DNA of 64,000 nt, from the NCBI GenBank assembly GCA_964354405.1, contig CAYGZP010000001.1:148879-212878 (forward strand). Reading direction: 5' to 3'. Each line of letters starts with the position of its first letter. Positions within the stretch are counted from its first letter, which is position 1. Shown in pieces: positions 7,821 through 17,472 of the stretch. Both the position numbers and the translations under genes were made by a program. This stretch comes from Candidatus Woesearchaeota archaeon. GTDB taxonomy: Archaea; Nanobdellota; Nanobdellia; Pacearchaeales; UBA284. The notes beneath the pieces are model-generated. The model did no database searches. It was given only the letters and a program-made list of their open reading frames with translations, and was not told the DNA's origin.

Positions 7821-8135
7821 ATGACAAAATACAAGCCTAAATACGGGCCTAAACTAAATTGCGAGCATAGAGTTTTAGATTACAATCCAGAAACAGGGCG
7901 ATTGTGGCATCCGCCATATTGTGTGCACAGTCTCGAGCCCCAAGCCAGGGGCAAGATTGAATGCCCATATGTTGGAAGCTGCATAGAGTTGACTATCACA
8001 GAGCAATATAATGAAAGCAGAAAAACAGTTGTGAATGTATGCGATTTGGCAGATAGAGTAGACAGCAAGCCCAAGAAAAACTGGCTGGTGTGCTTGTTAA
8101 GCCGTGAAATCAAGATATTTGGAAGAAAAAAATAA
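7821..8135 (+). CDS. Hypothetical protein (Cys/His-rich)
   Basis: 104-aa ORF in tight co-directional array. Confidence 0.6.
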   Translation: MTKYKPKYGPKLNCEHRVLDYNPETGRLWHPPYCVHSLEPQARGKIECPYVGSCIELTITEQYNESRKTVVNVCDLADRVDSKPKKNWLVCLLSREIKIFGRKK

Positions 8136-8166
8136 GATAAAATGGCAAGGTTAGAGAGATATTAAG

Positions 8167-9243
8167 TTGGATGAAATGTTAAATTATAAGATAAGGCATA
8201 AAGAAATATCAGAGTTGATTTTGAAGCAGATAAAAGCCTTTGGGGCAAATTACGCTTCCAAAGAATTGACTAAATTCATATATGGGGCATCTGGAAAACA
8301 AGGAGATTATCTCGATAAAAGGATTAGGAGCGCAAATTTAAGCGAGGAAAAGAAACAGGAGCTGATAGGAGAGTTAAGAAGAGTTTGCCAGGGCATTAAG
8401 GAAAGATATAATGCTATAACCGCCGAGGCAAAACCAAAATCACCAGGAACAGAAACAAAACCCCCACAAACAACATCCTCAGGAGCACAGGCAACAATAC
8501 AACAGCCGAAAGCACAACAGCCGAAATATGACACAAGAATAAGAACTTTGGATTTCTACATCAACACCGCATACACACGGCTCAACCTTGAGGAGAGTGT
8601 AGACGAGAGCAATTTGGATGAGATAAATAGTCTTTTAGAAGACAGTTCAAAATTGCTTGGAAGTATAAATTTGCCCGAAACTCAGATACAGAAGTATACG
8701 AAACGCCTTAAAATTGCGCATGGCATTCTCGAGAAAAAATATGGAATAATAGGGGAAGAGAATTATATTTATTATAGCACGATGGCGCAACACCTGAAGG
8801 CAAACGCCGAATCAGGGATAATAGATGAGATTTTCAGTGAGATTAAGAGCATGCAAGCAGAAATCGCGCTGTTCCGCATGCCAACAGGAAAGCGGGGGGA
8901 AGTGAGGCAGATGTTGAATAATGCATGGGATATCGCCAAGGAAAAAAATATCACAAGGCTTGAAGAAACTTTGACCAAATACGAGTCTATACTAACCAAA
9001 AAAAATAGCCAGATTGTAGAGGGAGAAAATGAAATCAAAAGACTCGCGGAAATGAAGAAAGGTACGCAGGCCAACTCGAGAAACTTTTCTAACGTGGAGA
9101 TTGACAGGTTCATCACTGAAAAACAAACCTATATCACTAGTTTGCAGAATCATACAGCAGATATAACCGGAAAAATAGAGGGACTAAAGACAAAGTTAAT
9201 GGAAACCAAGGGCAAAAATAAAAAACCTTCAAATTCAGAGTGA
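8167..9243 (+). CDS. Hypothetical helical/coiled-coil protein (start uncertain)
   Basis: 358-aa ORF with P/Q/T-rich linker and heptad-like C-terminus. Confidence 0.75.
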   Translation: MDEMLNYKIRHKEISELILKQIKAFGANYASKELTKFIYGASGKQGDYLDKRIRSANLSEEKKQELIGELRRVCQGIKERYNAITAEAKPKSPGTETKPPQTTSSGAQATIQQPKAQQPKYDTRIRTLDFYINTAYTRLNLEESVDESNLDEINSLLEDSSKLLGSINLPETQIQKYTKRLKIAHGILEKKYGIIGEENYIYYSTMAQHLKANAESGIIDEIFSEIKSMQAEIALFRMPTGKRGEVRQMLNNAWDIAKEKNITRLEETLTKYESILTKKNSQIVEGENEIKRLAEMKKGTQANSRNFSNVEIDRFITEKQTYITSLQNHTADITGKIEGLKTKLMETKGKNKKPSNSE

Positions 9244-9355
9244 CTTTTTCTTTTAATAAGTTATAGATTGATGACAAGCCCCTTTTTATATATAATTGAT
9301 AAACCCATTTTCTCAGAAATTCGTTTTTCACATTAACTTTCTATTTACTTCTAAC

Positions 9356-9841
9356 TCAAGTTATGCTTGGAGGTTTGCAAACTGGACAAGGCCAATAGTC
9401 ATGCATCTGTGCATCCAAAGCATCGTCAAAGCAGATGATATTTGATCTTGGTGTTGATGTCGCGATATCACAATCGCAATAATGGAACTTCTTCGAGCTT
9501 TTTGTGCCTACAAAACTTGTTCCTTGGGGGCATCCAAAGTTTATGACACACATATTATCTTCTGTGAAGTTTGTTGCGTTTCCTCCGCCCGTGCCTTCTC
9601 CTCCTCCGCCCTCTCCCTCACCCATGCTCAAATTTGCCTCGCTCAGGTTTTCAGTTGCATTTAAATTCTTGCCAAGGTTAGGATCATGTTTTCTCTGCGA
9701 GTTAGAATTAGATAGAAGATAGCTTCCCGAACCTATTATAAGAATGATAACAATGACAACAACCCACACAAGCAGCTCTTTATGTGCCTTGGGCTTGTTC
9801 ATAGAGCTCGGTTTCTTTTCTTTCTCTCGCCCCTTTTTCAT
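9356..9841 (-). CDS. Membrane-anchored protein with Ada-type metal-binding domain
   Basis: Single TM helix; FVGTKSSKKFHYCDC...CF...PCPVCKP. Confidence 0.8.
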   Translation of the reverse strand: MKKGREKEKKPSSMNKPKAHKELLVWVVVIVIILIIGSGSYLLSNSNSQRKHDPNLGKNLNATENLSEANLSMGEGEGGGGEGTGGGNATNFTEDNMCVINFGCPQGTSFVGTKSSKKFHYCDCDIATSTPRSNIICFDDALDAQMHDYWPCPVCKPPSIT

Positions 9842-9880
9842 ATGGCTGTAAAGAAGGAGATGTTTTTAATAATTATGCTT

Positions 9881-10324
9881 TTAATCTCTGATATAGAGAG
9901 TGTGTTTATCATCTATTCCTATCATTATTGGCCCGCGGGGCATCGGCATCTCAAGTCTCTCTCCTTCCAAGTATGCGACAAGCTCACTTTGCCCATCAGT
10001 GGCGCGATTTTCATTATAAGCTCTATTAAATTCTAAAGCTCTTTCGCAATTTTGGCAATAAGCCATGTTTAAAATCGCTCTTTTCATAGGTAAGTTGTTT
10101 TGATCAAAGGCATTGCACAATCTTCTATTCTCGCTGACAAAGAATGGGTGAATAGGATTAAGAATCTTTTTGACAATCCCCAGAGCTTCATTGAGCTTAT
10201 CAAACAACTGAAAGCCGTCTAAGCCTTTGAACTCATCACATTTTGAGACATGCTCCAAGTCAACATCTACCTTAATTCGTATATTATAGGGCTTTATCTT
10301 CCCATCCGGTTTTTCTGCGAGCAT
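9881..10324 (-). CDS. Hypothetical protein
   Basis: 147-aa ORF with CxxC; promoter-like sequence upstream. Confidence 0.6.
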   Translation of the reverse strand: MLAEKPDGKIKPYNIRIKVDVDLEHVSKCDEFKGLDGFQLFDKLNEALGIVKKILNPIHPFFVSENRRLCNAFDQNNLPMKRAILNMAYCQNCERALEFNRAYNENRATDGQSELVAYLEGERLEMPMPRGPIMIGIDDKHTLYIRD

Positions 10325-10553
10325 CAGATAATCTCGAGTTAGGCATTAAAAAAGATTATTGTAATGCGAGATATAATACCATAGTAAAATATAATGCCCT
10401 ATATGAGTTTTCCGTTTTACATAAGTTTATAAACCAAGGGCTTTAATTATAATTATATAAGAAGGAGTTTAGGCGAATTCTTATAGAAATTTAATAGAAA
10501 ATAGAAACTATCATAAGATAGAATACAATAAGAAATTAGGAGGATTTTTTAAA

Positions 10554-10817
10554 ATGCCATATGGTGGCGGTTTTAGACGAAGCGGCGGCTTTCGAAGAAG
10601 CTTTGGCCCAAGAGAGATGCACAAGATAACTTGTTCAGAATGCGGCAAGGAAGATCAAGTACCTTTCAAGCCAAAAGAAGGAATTCCAGTTTTGTGCAAA
10701 GAGTGTTATTTCAAGAAGAAAGGAATAACCCCTAGAAAACCTTTTGAGCGCAAGGAAGAAAGCAAAGAAGCAGAAGGCGGAGAAGCTGAAGAAGAAGCTG
10801 AAGAGTCAGCTGAGTAA
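10554..10817 (+). CDS. CxxC-x17-CxxC zinc-ribbon protein
   Basis: PREMHKITCSECG..VPFKP..PVLCKEC; GGAGG SD sequence. Confidence 0.9.
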   Translation: MPYGGGFRRSGGFRRSFGPREMHKITCSECGKEDQVPFKPKEGIPVLCKECYFKKKGITPRKPFERKEESKEAEGGEAEEEAEESAE

Positions 10818-10897
10818 ACAGTTTCCTGTTTAGTAAGAGATTTTTATTTTTTTCTCTTTTTTTATTTTTTCTTTATTATTTATTTTTTCTTTATTCT

Positions 10898-11164
10898 CTA
10901 TTTTTTCCAGAATTTGTCAGCTTGCTTTTCTAATCTCTCAAGTCTTGTGTAATAATCCGGAAATTCATTCAAATGCGCTAGTGCAATTTTGCCGGTTTTT
11001 ATAGGGTTATCGTTCGTGACATTTGTTTTCTTGTGTATTTTTCCATGTTCTAATTCAACATCTAGGCCCATCCTGAATTGTTCGACATTCCATTTATCCC
11101 ATTTTATCCCAAGCTTCTGGCCTATTATTTGTGCCTCTTTTGTTGTAAAATGTTTTTTCACCAT
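10898..11164 (-). CDS. DUF5661-like protein
   Basis: GLDVELEHG...KIALAHLNEFPDYYTRL signature. Confidence 0.85.
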   Translation of the reverse strand: MVKKHFTTKEAQIIGQKLGIKWDKWNVEQFRMGLDVELEHGKIHKKTNVTNDNPIKTGKIALAHLNEFPDYYTRLERLEKQADKFWKK

Positions 11165-11198
11165 TTTTTTATTTGATTTACCTCCTTAAATTTTAATA

Positions 11199-11882
11199 TT
11201 AAACATTAATCAGCCCGCACCATTCGCACTCTGAAACTTTAGGACAAGGGCCTTTTAGCAATTTAAGAGCTTTGTTGAAAAGTCTTTCTGCGTTTTCAAC
11301 ATCGACTTTCATCTTCACAAGCTGGGTGTCAAACATTACTTCTCCAGTCTCCAAGACTTCCCGCGGATAATAAAACAATAAGAATGCGAAATCTTCGGTT
11401 TCATAGTCGTTTTTTCTCAACAAGAAGTTATAGATATCAAGTTGATTTCGATAATGTTCTGCAGTATCATCCTTTAGAGCATACCCCCTTGTCTTGTAAT
11501 CCAAAACAATCAATTTTTTTCCTCTCACGAGTATGTTATCAACTGCCCCATGAAATATATTTCCTTGTCTGTCTTCCCATGATATTCCTCTAAGATTATT
11601 TCTCCATTGTTTCAGAAGCTCGGCATTCCCGAACAACCTGCATCCGAAACAGTGTATGTTTTCTCTAAGTTCGGGAGGCATGATTCCTCTTGCCATGAAC
11701 CTGTCAAAATGAGTTTTGAGAATCCTATCCATGCCCGAAGGCAAGGAAGGAAATATTCCTGCGGGCCTTTTCCAAACCCCATGCTTCTCAAGCCAGAAAC
11801 ATCTGGGGCATTCTTCCATCAAGTTGATTCCTGATGGTGATAATTTGAAAACCTCTTTCTCCTCTTTGTCTTTTTCAGGCAT
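11199..11882 (-). CDS. PD-(D/E)XK nuclease, Cas4/RecB-like
   Basis: LSPS..CPRC, GAVD, LDYKT, QLDIY and terminal CEWC. Confidence 0.9.
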   Translation of the reverse strand: MPEKDKEEKEVFKLSPSGINLMEECPRCFWLEKHGVWKRPAGIFPSLPSGMDRILKTHFDRFMARGIMPPELRENIHCFGCRLFGNAELLKQWRNNLRGISWEDRQGNIFHGAVDNILVRGKKLIVLDYKTRGYALKDDTAEHYRNQLDIYNFLLRKNDYETEDFAFLLFYYPREVLETGEVMFDTQLVKMKVDVENAERLFNKALKLLKGPCPKVSECEWCGLINV

Positions 11883-11913
11883 TTTTTTTTACCTCTTTTA
11901 TTAATTATTATAA

Positions 11914-12597
11914 TTACAACTTTAGCTTTAATAAATCTTTTATGTCATTTATCTCGTAATCTGCCGGGCTCTTGCCTTTCTTTGACATAGGCTCTGAGTT
12001 GAATTTTGCGCCATATCTTGCATAACAAGTCTTTATTCCAAGTCTTTTTGCAGGCAAAATGTCTCGCGAGAGCCTGTCACCAACCATCAAAGCCTCTTCT
12101 GGCCTTATGTTAAGTTTCTTTAAGACAGCATTGTAAGGCGCTGCATGAGTTTTCGTTTTTCTCACATCAGCAGAGGTTATGACAACATCAAAGAACGAAT
12201 CAATGTTCATCGTTACAAGCCGCATCCATGCTCGCATTATTGGAGCATCACTTATCACAGCTAATTTGTATTTTTTTCTTAGCTCGAGCAGGGTCGAGAG
12301 GACATTGGGATAAGGAGAAAGATAACTTTCCTTGACTTTTCTGTAAGCTATAATTCCATGAGCTACTATCCTGTAATCTATCTTGCCAGTGGCTTTTTTC
12401 AGGAACTTTTGCAGAATCTCTTTATGCTCGATTCCATATTTATCATAAAGCTCAAACAGGATTTTCCTTGCTTTTCTTCTTTCAAGTTTCAATCCCGCGC
12501 CGATCATCGCGTTCAACGCAGCATCGCAGCTCTTGTATTTCATAGTCATGAAATCTATGAGAGTGTTGTCAATGTCAAACAAGATTGCTTTAATCAT
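11914..12597 (-). CDS. HAD-superfamily hydrolase
   Basis: FDIDNTL and MVGDRLSRD motifs. Confidence 0.93.
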   Translation of the reverse strand: MIKAILFDIDNTLIDFMTMKYKSCDAALNAMIGAGLKLERRKARKILFELYDKYGIEHKEILQKFLKKATGKIDYRIVAHGIIAYRKVKESYLSPYPNVLSTLLELRKKYKLAVISDAPIMRAWMRLVTMNIDSFFDVVITSADVRKTKTHAAPYNAVLKKLNIRPEEALMVGDRLSRDILPAKRLGIKTCYARYGAKFNSEPMSKKGKSPADYEINDIKDLLKLKL

Positions 12598-12640
12598 TAA
12601 ATATTCAAGAATAAGGAGTTTAAAAGTTTTTATAAAGAGA

Positions 12641-13468
12641 TTACAAGGAAATCCCAGGAAGCAGATAGCTGATTATCTCTTGCTTGTCTTTTACGTCTTT
12701 CTTTAAACTGTCCCAGTCCTGAGCAGCTTGCATAAAATAAGCTGCATTGATTCCAGCCTGTGAACAAAGAACTAAAATATCATAAGCATCCGCATTAACT
12801 TTCAAGTTGTTCGCAAATTCTAAATTACCGATATGATAAACTGCATCTTCTCTAATTTCTTCTAAATGATTTAACAGTTCTTTAGGACTGCCTTTCTTGA
12901 ACTGGAGTCCTCTCTCGCTTGCATTCAAAACTCTTACTAATTTAGGCAATACAATATCTTCTGGGCTTGAAACCCTATAAGTTATTCCTTCTTTATTAGT
13001 CAATGCCTTTAATCTTGCATTTTCTAATTCTCTAATAACTCTTTTTTCACCACTGGCAAAATTTTTCAGATTTCTCCTTGGAAATTCGATTAAAATTTTA
13101 TCACCGTTTTTGCTTAGGCCCATGCAAAAAGTTTGATGGTGTTTTTTTGTATAAACTTCATATCCATTGTCAGAAAAGAACTCTCTTAATGGTTTGGAAA
13201 ATTCTTTGAAATTCTCATGATTTAATGGTCTGCCAACTAAAACATCAATATCTGCTGTAGGCCTTCTTTGCTCCTCTGGCAAATAACTTTGGCTTGCAAA
13301 ACCCCCTACAACCATATAAAGCCCCTTAGATAGATTAAAATGGTCTAAAGTGGATAATCCCTCTAATCCAAGTTGTATCATAGGATCAGTCAATGTCCTG
13401 AAACTATAACTCAACTTCTCTATTTTTCCATTAGTCAAATCATCTTCTGCTAGAGTTATCTTTTGCAT
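12641..13468 (-). CDS. Pol-beta-like nucleotidyltransferase (AbiEii-like)
   Basis: VVGGFA...RPTADIDVLV; downstream PEDIVLPKL and DAYDI. Confidence 0.75.
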   Translation of the reverse strand: MQKITLAEDDLTNGKIEKLSYSFRTLTDPMIQLGLEGLSTLDHFNLSKGLYMVVGGFASQSYLPEEQRRPTADIDVLVGRPLNHENFKEFSKPLREFFSDNGYEVYTKKHHQTFCMGLSKNGDKILIEFPRRNLKNFASGEKRVIRELENARLKALTNKEGITYRVSSPEDIVLPKLVRVLNASERGLQFKKGSPKELLNHLEEIREDAVYHIGNLEFANNLKVNADAYDILVLCSQAGINAAYFMQAAQDWDSLKKDVKDKQEIISYLLPGISL

Positions 13469-13601
13469 ATATCCTTAAGGAAATTTTCATTTATAAATCT
13501 TTCTTATTGCCACTACTATCAAGTGACTTTCGAAGATGTTTAAATAGCTCTTAAGATACATCCAAAGATATGTTTTTATATCTGCCGGGCCATAAGATTT
13601 C

Positions 13602-14285
13602 ATGGGTTTGTTCAATATATTCAAGAGAAAACCAAGGGAATTACAGATTATCCAACCGTTCTCCACAGTTAAAACAGCCAATGGTTCTTTTGATTCATTT
13701 TTCAACAGGTTTCTGAAGTACAGCCAGATAATGCTTATAACAGGTAAAAGGGGCTCGGGCAAAACGAGTTTAGGAATGACCTTGCTTGCTGTCTTGAATT
13801 CTTCAAACAAAAAATGCTACGCAGTCGGGTTCAATAAATCTAAATTGCCCTTATGGTTGAAAAAATCAGATAGTCTTGAAAAAGTCCCTAATAATTCTGC
13901 TGTCCTTGTTGATGAGGGGGCGATTGTCTATGGTTCTAGAGATTCTATGAAAGATGCTAATAAGACTTTGGGCAGGATTATGGCAATTGCAAGACATAAG
14001 AGCCTAAGTTTAGTGTTGATTGCACAAAATAGTGCAATGCTTGATGTCAATGTCTTAAGAATGGCAGACATGTTATTGTTGAAAGAGCCTTCCCTTTTGC
14101 AGACAGAATTTGAAAGAAAAGCTTTACAGAAAATATACGGGGAGATAAAGCCCCTATTTATAAGACAAACCCAAAGAGAGAGATTTTTCTATATATGGAG
14201 CGACGAATTCCAGGGGTTTCTCAGTTACGAGCTCCCAAATTTTTGGAACGAAAGCATAAGCAAGGCATTCAGCAGTTTTAAATGA
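13602..14285 (+). CDS. P-loop ATPase (Zot/FtsK-HerA-like)
   Basis: Walker A GKRGSGKT, Walker B VLVDEG, ARH..IAQ. Confidence 0.8.
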   Translation: MGLFNIFKRKPRELQIIQPFSTVKTANGSFDSFFNRFLKYSQIMLITGKRGSGKTSLGMTLLAVLNSSNKKCYAVGFNKSKLPLWLKKSDSLEKVPNNSAVLVDEGAIVYGSRDSMKDANKTLGRIMAIARHKSLSLVLIAQNSAMLDVNVLRMADMLLLKEPSLLQTEFERKALQKIYGEIKPLFIRQTQRERFFYIWSDEFQGFLSYELPNFWNESISKAFSSFK

Positions 14286-14347
14286 CAAGAATTTTAGTGG
14301 CATCTTATCATACAAAAGCTTAAAAATTTTCCGCGCTTGCTAAAAGC

Positions 14348-15103
14348 ATGGCTAGTTTAAAAGAGGCGCTCCTAGAGCTCAAAGAGATGGTGAATAATGT
14401 TCTTTCAAAGAATATAGACTTCTCTAGCAGGATTATCGAGGATGGATTTAACTTCAAGTTGAAAGAGCGCGACTATTACTCAAGAGAGATAGAGAACTCA
14501 ATGAAGCGAGTTGACACAATACTTTCTGAAAGCTTTGTTGTCTCGCCGAATGAACGAAGGCCTTTGGCAGAGGCTGCTGTTCGCATCAAAGAGCTGAAAA
14601 AGATGATAAACGAGAAAAGGTTTCTTGAGACAACAGTGGCTATTGAACAGATATATGACTTGGTTCCAATGATAAAAATCTCAGAGAATGACTTGCCCAA
14701 GTCTGAGTTTTTCCTGCCTCGCATTCCCCGCGAGATTTTTGCAGAGGTTAAAGCAAGTTTCGATGAACTGATTAAATGTTACGAGCACAACTGCCACAGG
14801 AGCGCAATCATATTATGCGGGAGAATCCTTGAAATCTCGCTGCACAGAAAATATTTTGAAGTTACACAACAAGATCTGCTTGAAAAGTCTCCTGATATTG
14901 GTTTGGGGAATCTTGTGTTAAGGTTCAAAGACAAAGGAATTCCTCTAGATCCTGGCTTGAGCAACCAGATTCATCTCATCAATCAGATTAGAATTGCCTC
15001 TGTGCATAAAAGAAAACAAGTTTTCAACCCCACGAAGAATCAAACCCAGGCAGCAATATTATATACATTGGACACTCTAAAAAAACTGTTCAGGACTTGG
15101 TAA
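14348..15103 (+). CDS. HEPN/DUF4145-like domain protein
   Basis: SAIILCGRILE...LGNL...RIASVH (Rx4H). Confidence 0.75.
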   Translation: MASLKEALLELKEMVNNVLSKNIDFSSRIIEDGFNFKLKERDYYSREIENSMKRVDTILSESFVVSPNERRPLAEAAVRIKELKKMINEKRFLETTVAIEQIYDLVPMIKISENDLPKSEFFLPRIPREIFAEVKASFDELIKCYEHNCHRSAIILCGRILEISLHRKYFEVTQQDLLEKSPDIGLGNLVLRFKDKGIPLDPGLSNQIHLINQIRIASVHKRKQVFNPTKNQTQAAILYTLDTLKKLFRTW

Positions 15104-15129
15104 GCCCGAAACTTTCTATTTATTTAAGA

Positions 15130-15747
15130 TTAAACTGTTCTATTGTGCGGTTTCAACACGGGCTGCCACGAGCCAAAATGCTTGTAGGCTCTCAAATCAA
15201 TATATGGCAGAACATCTTTGGCCAAGCTTCCGCGCTTTGGCAATTTGTCTGCGATTGATTTACTCAAGAAATAAACCCCGCAATTAGCCCAGATGTTCTT
15301 CAACAGTGGCTTTTCTCTGAAATTTTTCACAGACTGATGCTCAACTTCTATCATCCCATAGTGTAATCGCGGATTAGCCACAACTATCGTGTCAGTGCCG
15401 AAGTTGATGAGAGATTGCAAATCAATGTCACATATATCATCAACGTTCACGACAAGAAATTCATCTGTGTTCAGCAAAGACATCGCGTTCCTCAACGCGC
15501 CTGCTGAGCCAGGCAAATTTGGGCTCGTAGCAAAATGCACTCCTAATTTAGGATGATATCTCCTAATCTGCTTCGCCTCAAGTTCTGTACAAGTCACTAT
15601 TACTTTGTTTACATAAGGCCTTAGCCATTCGACTTGTTTTTCAATCAGAGTAGCGCCTCCGACTTCTAACAGCGCTTTTGGAAAAAGCTTTTCTCTGCCG
15701 AGGGAACCGCCTGCAAGAATTATTGCATCAACTTTTCTAGCTTTCAT
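15130..15747 (-). CDS. Sugar-phosphate nucleotidyltransferase family protein
   Basis: IILAGG..PKALL, VNVDD, FREKP, NCGVY. Confidence 0.85.
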   Translation of the reverse strand: MKARKVDAIILAGGSLGREKLFPKALLEVGGATLIEKQVEWLRPYVNKVIVTCTELEAKQIRRYHPKLGVHFATSPNLPGSAGALRNAMSLLNTDEFLVVNVDDICDIDLQSLINFGTDTIVVANPRLHYGMIEVEHQSVKNFREKPLLKNIWANCGVYFLSKSIADKLPKRGSLAKDVLPYIDLRAYKHFGSWQPVLKPHNRTV

Positions 15748-15918
15748 TTTCCCTCCATAGCCTCTAATTTAAAGAGGAGCTTTTGATATATAAGCTTTTC
15801 TTTACTTTTTTGCACTATTGATTTTGCCTATTTTTTCTCATTTTTACGCAATAAAAAGCTTTTTAAAACATCTTTCTCTTGTTTTTATAAGAGGTTATTA
15901 GCTATTTGGAAAATTAAA

Positions 15919-16290
15919 ATGGCAAGAGAAGGAAAAGAAATAAACCTGATACTTGGGAAAAACATCCAGCTATTGGGCTTTGGTGTGTTGGAGCCAAGCG
16001 AGATAAACATAGTCAAGGGACTGTTACAGAACTATGTAAAGAAGATAGAGACCAAGACAGATTATAACTTGTTAAAAATGAAGCTGAAGATGCACCAGCA
16101 CAACACCAATTTCATACACGAGCTAGAAAGCCAGTTGATTGTGCATCCAGGAAAATCTTTCGTTACAAATGTTTCAGATAAGAATATTTATAAGGCCATA
16201 GCGACCTTAATGAAAAAGCTCTTGTCTGAGATTGATCATTATAAAAGGCGGGATGTAAGACAAAGGCCAATCAAAAAATTTTCAAGATAA
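15919..16290 (+). CDS. Hypothetical protein, HPF/RaiA-like fold suspected
   Basis: Beta-alpha-beta-beta-beta-alpha pattern ending DKNIYKAI..LMKKL; heads the rpl21e operon. Confidence 0.55.
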   Translation: MAREGKEINLILGKNIQLLGFGVLEPSEINIVKGLLQNYVKKIETKTDYNLLKMKLKMHQHNTNFIHELESQLIVHPGKSFVTNVSDKNIYKAIATLMKKLLSEIDHYKRRDVRQRPIKKFSR

Positions 16291-16315
16291 ATTAATCGAG
16301 AGATAAAATTATAAA

Positions 16316-16567
16316 ATGTTAAAGCAAAAACGAGCAAGAGAAAGGGGCAAGATAAAGCCCTCGCATATAGTCAAGACTCTCAAAATCGGCGAGAGTGTAG
16401 TTCTTATGAGAGATTTGAGTTCGAGAGGAATGTTCCCAAAGCAGTTCCATGGCAGGATTGCTGTAGTCACAGGCAAGGCAGGAGATGCGTATACAGTGAA
16501 GTTTTTAAATGGTAAAGTCCATAAAACCTTGACTTTAAATCCGGTGCATTTAAAGAAATTAGGCTAG
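16316..16567 (+). CDS. rpl21e: 50S ribosomal protein eL21
   Basis: RERGK, FHGR, PVHLK motifs; synteny. Confidence 0.92.
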   Translation: MLKQKRARERGKIKPSHIVKTLKIGESVVLMRDLSSRGMFPKQFHGRIAVVTGKAGDAYTVKFLNGKVHKTLTLNPVHLKKLG

Positions 16568-16574
16568 GTGGAAA

Positions 16575-16886
16575 ATGATTAAGGACAAAAAACCTGTTAC
16601 ATTAGCAGAAGCTCGCGAAATTTTGAAAAGCTCAGAAGGCGAGCGAGTCAAGGCTACAGCTGACTTCATAAAAAAATTCACGAAGTTGAGCTCGGCAGAG
16701 GCTTTGAAACTGAAGAAAGAGCTAATGGAATTGGATATAGTCAAATTGAAAGAAGAAGATATAGTTAAAATAATTGATTTCATGCCAGAAGATGCAGAAG
16801 ACTTGAGAAAAATATTTTCTGGCTATGATATCAGCTTGGAACAAGATGAAATCACAAAAATACTTCAAATACTCAAGAAAAAATAA
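16575..16886 (+). CDS. rpoF: RNA polymerase subunit Rpo4 (F)
   Basis: KIIDFMP..EDLR motif; synteny. Confidence 0.9.
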   Translation: MIKDKKPVTLAEAREILKSSEGERVKATADFIKKFTKLSSAEALKLKKELMELDIVKLKEEDIVKIIDFMPEDAEDLRKIFSGYDISLEQDEITKILQILKKK

Positions 16887-16888
16887 AA

Positions 16889-17434
16889 ATGATGCAGGAC
16901 ACGAAAGAAGAAAAGGCTATAATATTGGATTTCCTTCCAAATGGCTATCCACTCGAGATGAAAAGGATGCCCATAGCCCAGGCTGTCGGAGCATTGCATT
17001 ACACACTTCTTGAATTGATTCCTAGAAAAGGCATAAAGCTTCAGTTGAAAGAAGAGGTTTACATCGGCCCGATGCGCCGTGATAAGATATATTTCATCCG
17101 AGGAAGGCTTCTCAAAGAAAAACTGACTGAAACTGCAAAATATCAAATCCAGGATTTTGTCGCGAAAGTAGTCAATGAACATGAGAAGAAATTTGTCGAG
17201 TTTTTCAATAATGCGCAGGCAGTCAACACAAGACTGCATCAGCTCGAGCTATTGCCTGGATTCGGCAAAAAATACACTAAATTGGTTTTAGAAGAAAGGG
17301 AGAAAAAGCCATTCGAGTCATTCGAGGACATAAAGCAAAGGCTTAAAAGCCTGCCTGACCCTAAAAAAACTGTCGAGAAACGACTTGTAGAAGAGCTGAC
17401 ACAAGAGACTCGTTATAGGTTATTCTCCGGATAA
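16889..17434 (+). CDS. DUF655 family protein
   Basis: RLHQLELLPGFGKK...FESFEDI; synteny. Confidence 0.92.
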   Translation: MMQDTKEEKAIILDFLPNGYPLEMKRMPIAQAVGALHYTLLELIPRKGIKLQLKEEVYIGPMRRDKIYFIRGRLLKEKLTETAKYQIQDFVAKVVNEHEKKFVEFFNNAQAVNTRLHQLELLPGFGKKYTKLVLEEREKKPFESFEDIKQRLKSLPDPKKTVEKRLVEELTQETRYRLFSG

Positions 17435-17472
17435 TTGTATAATTATTTGAAACAATCAAAATATAATCAAAA

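Noticed and set aside
7173..15103. Provirus
   Set aside because: No integrase, capsid, replication protein or att pair recognised; only orphans and one ATPase
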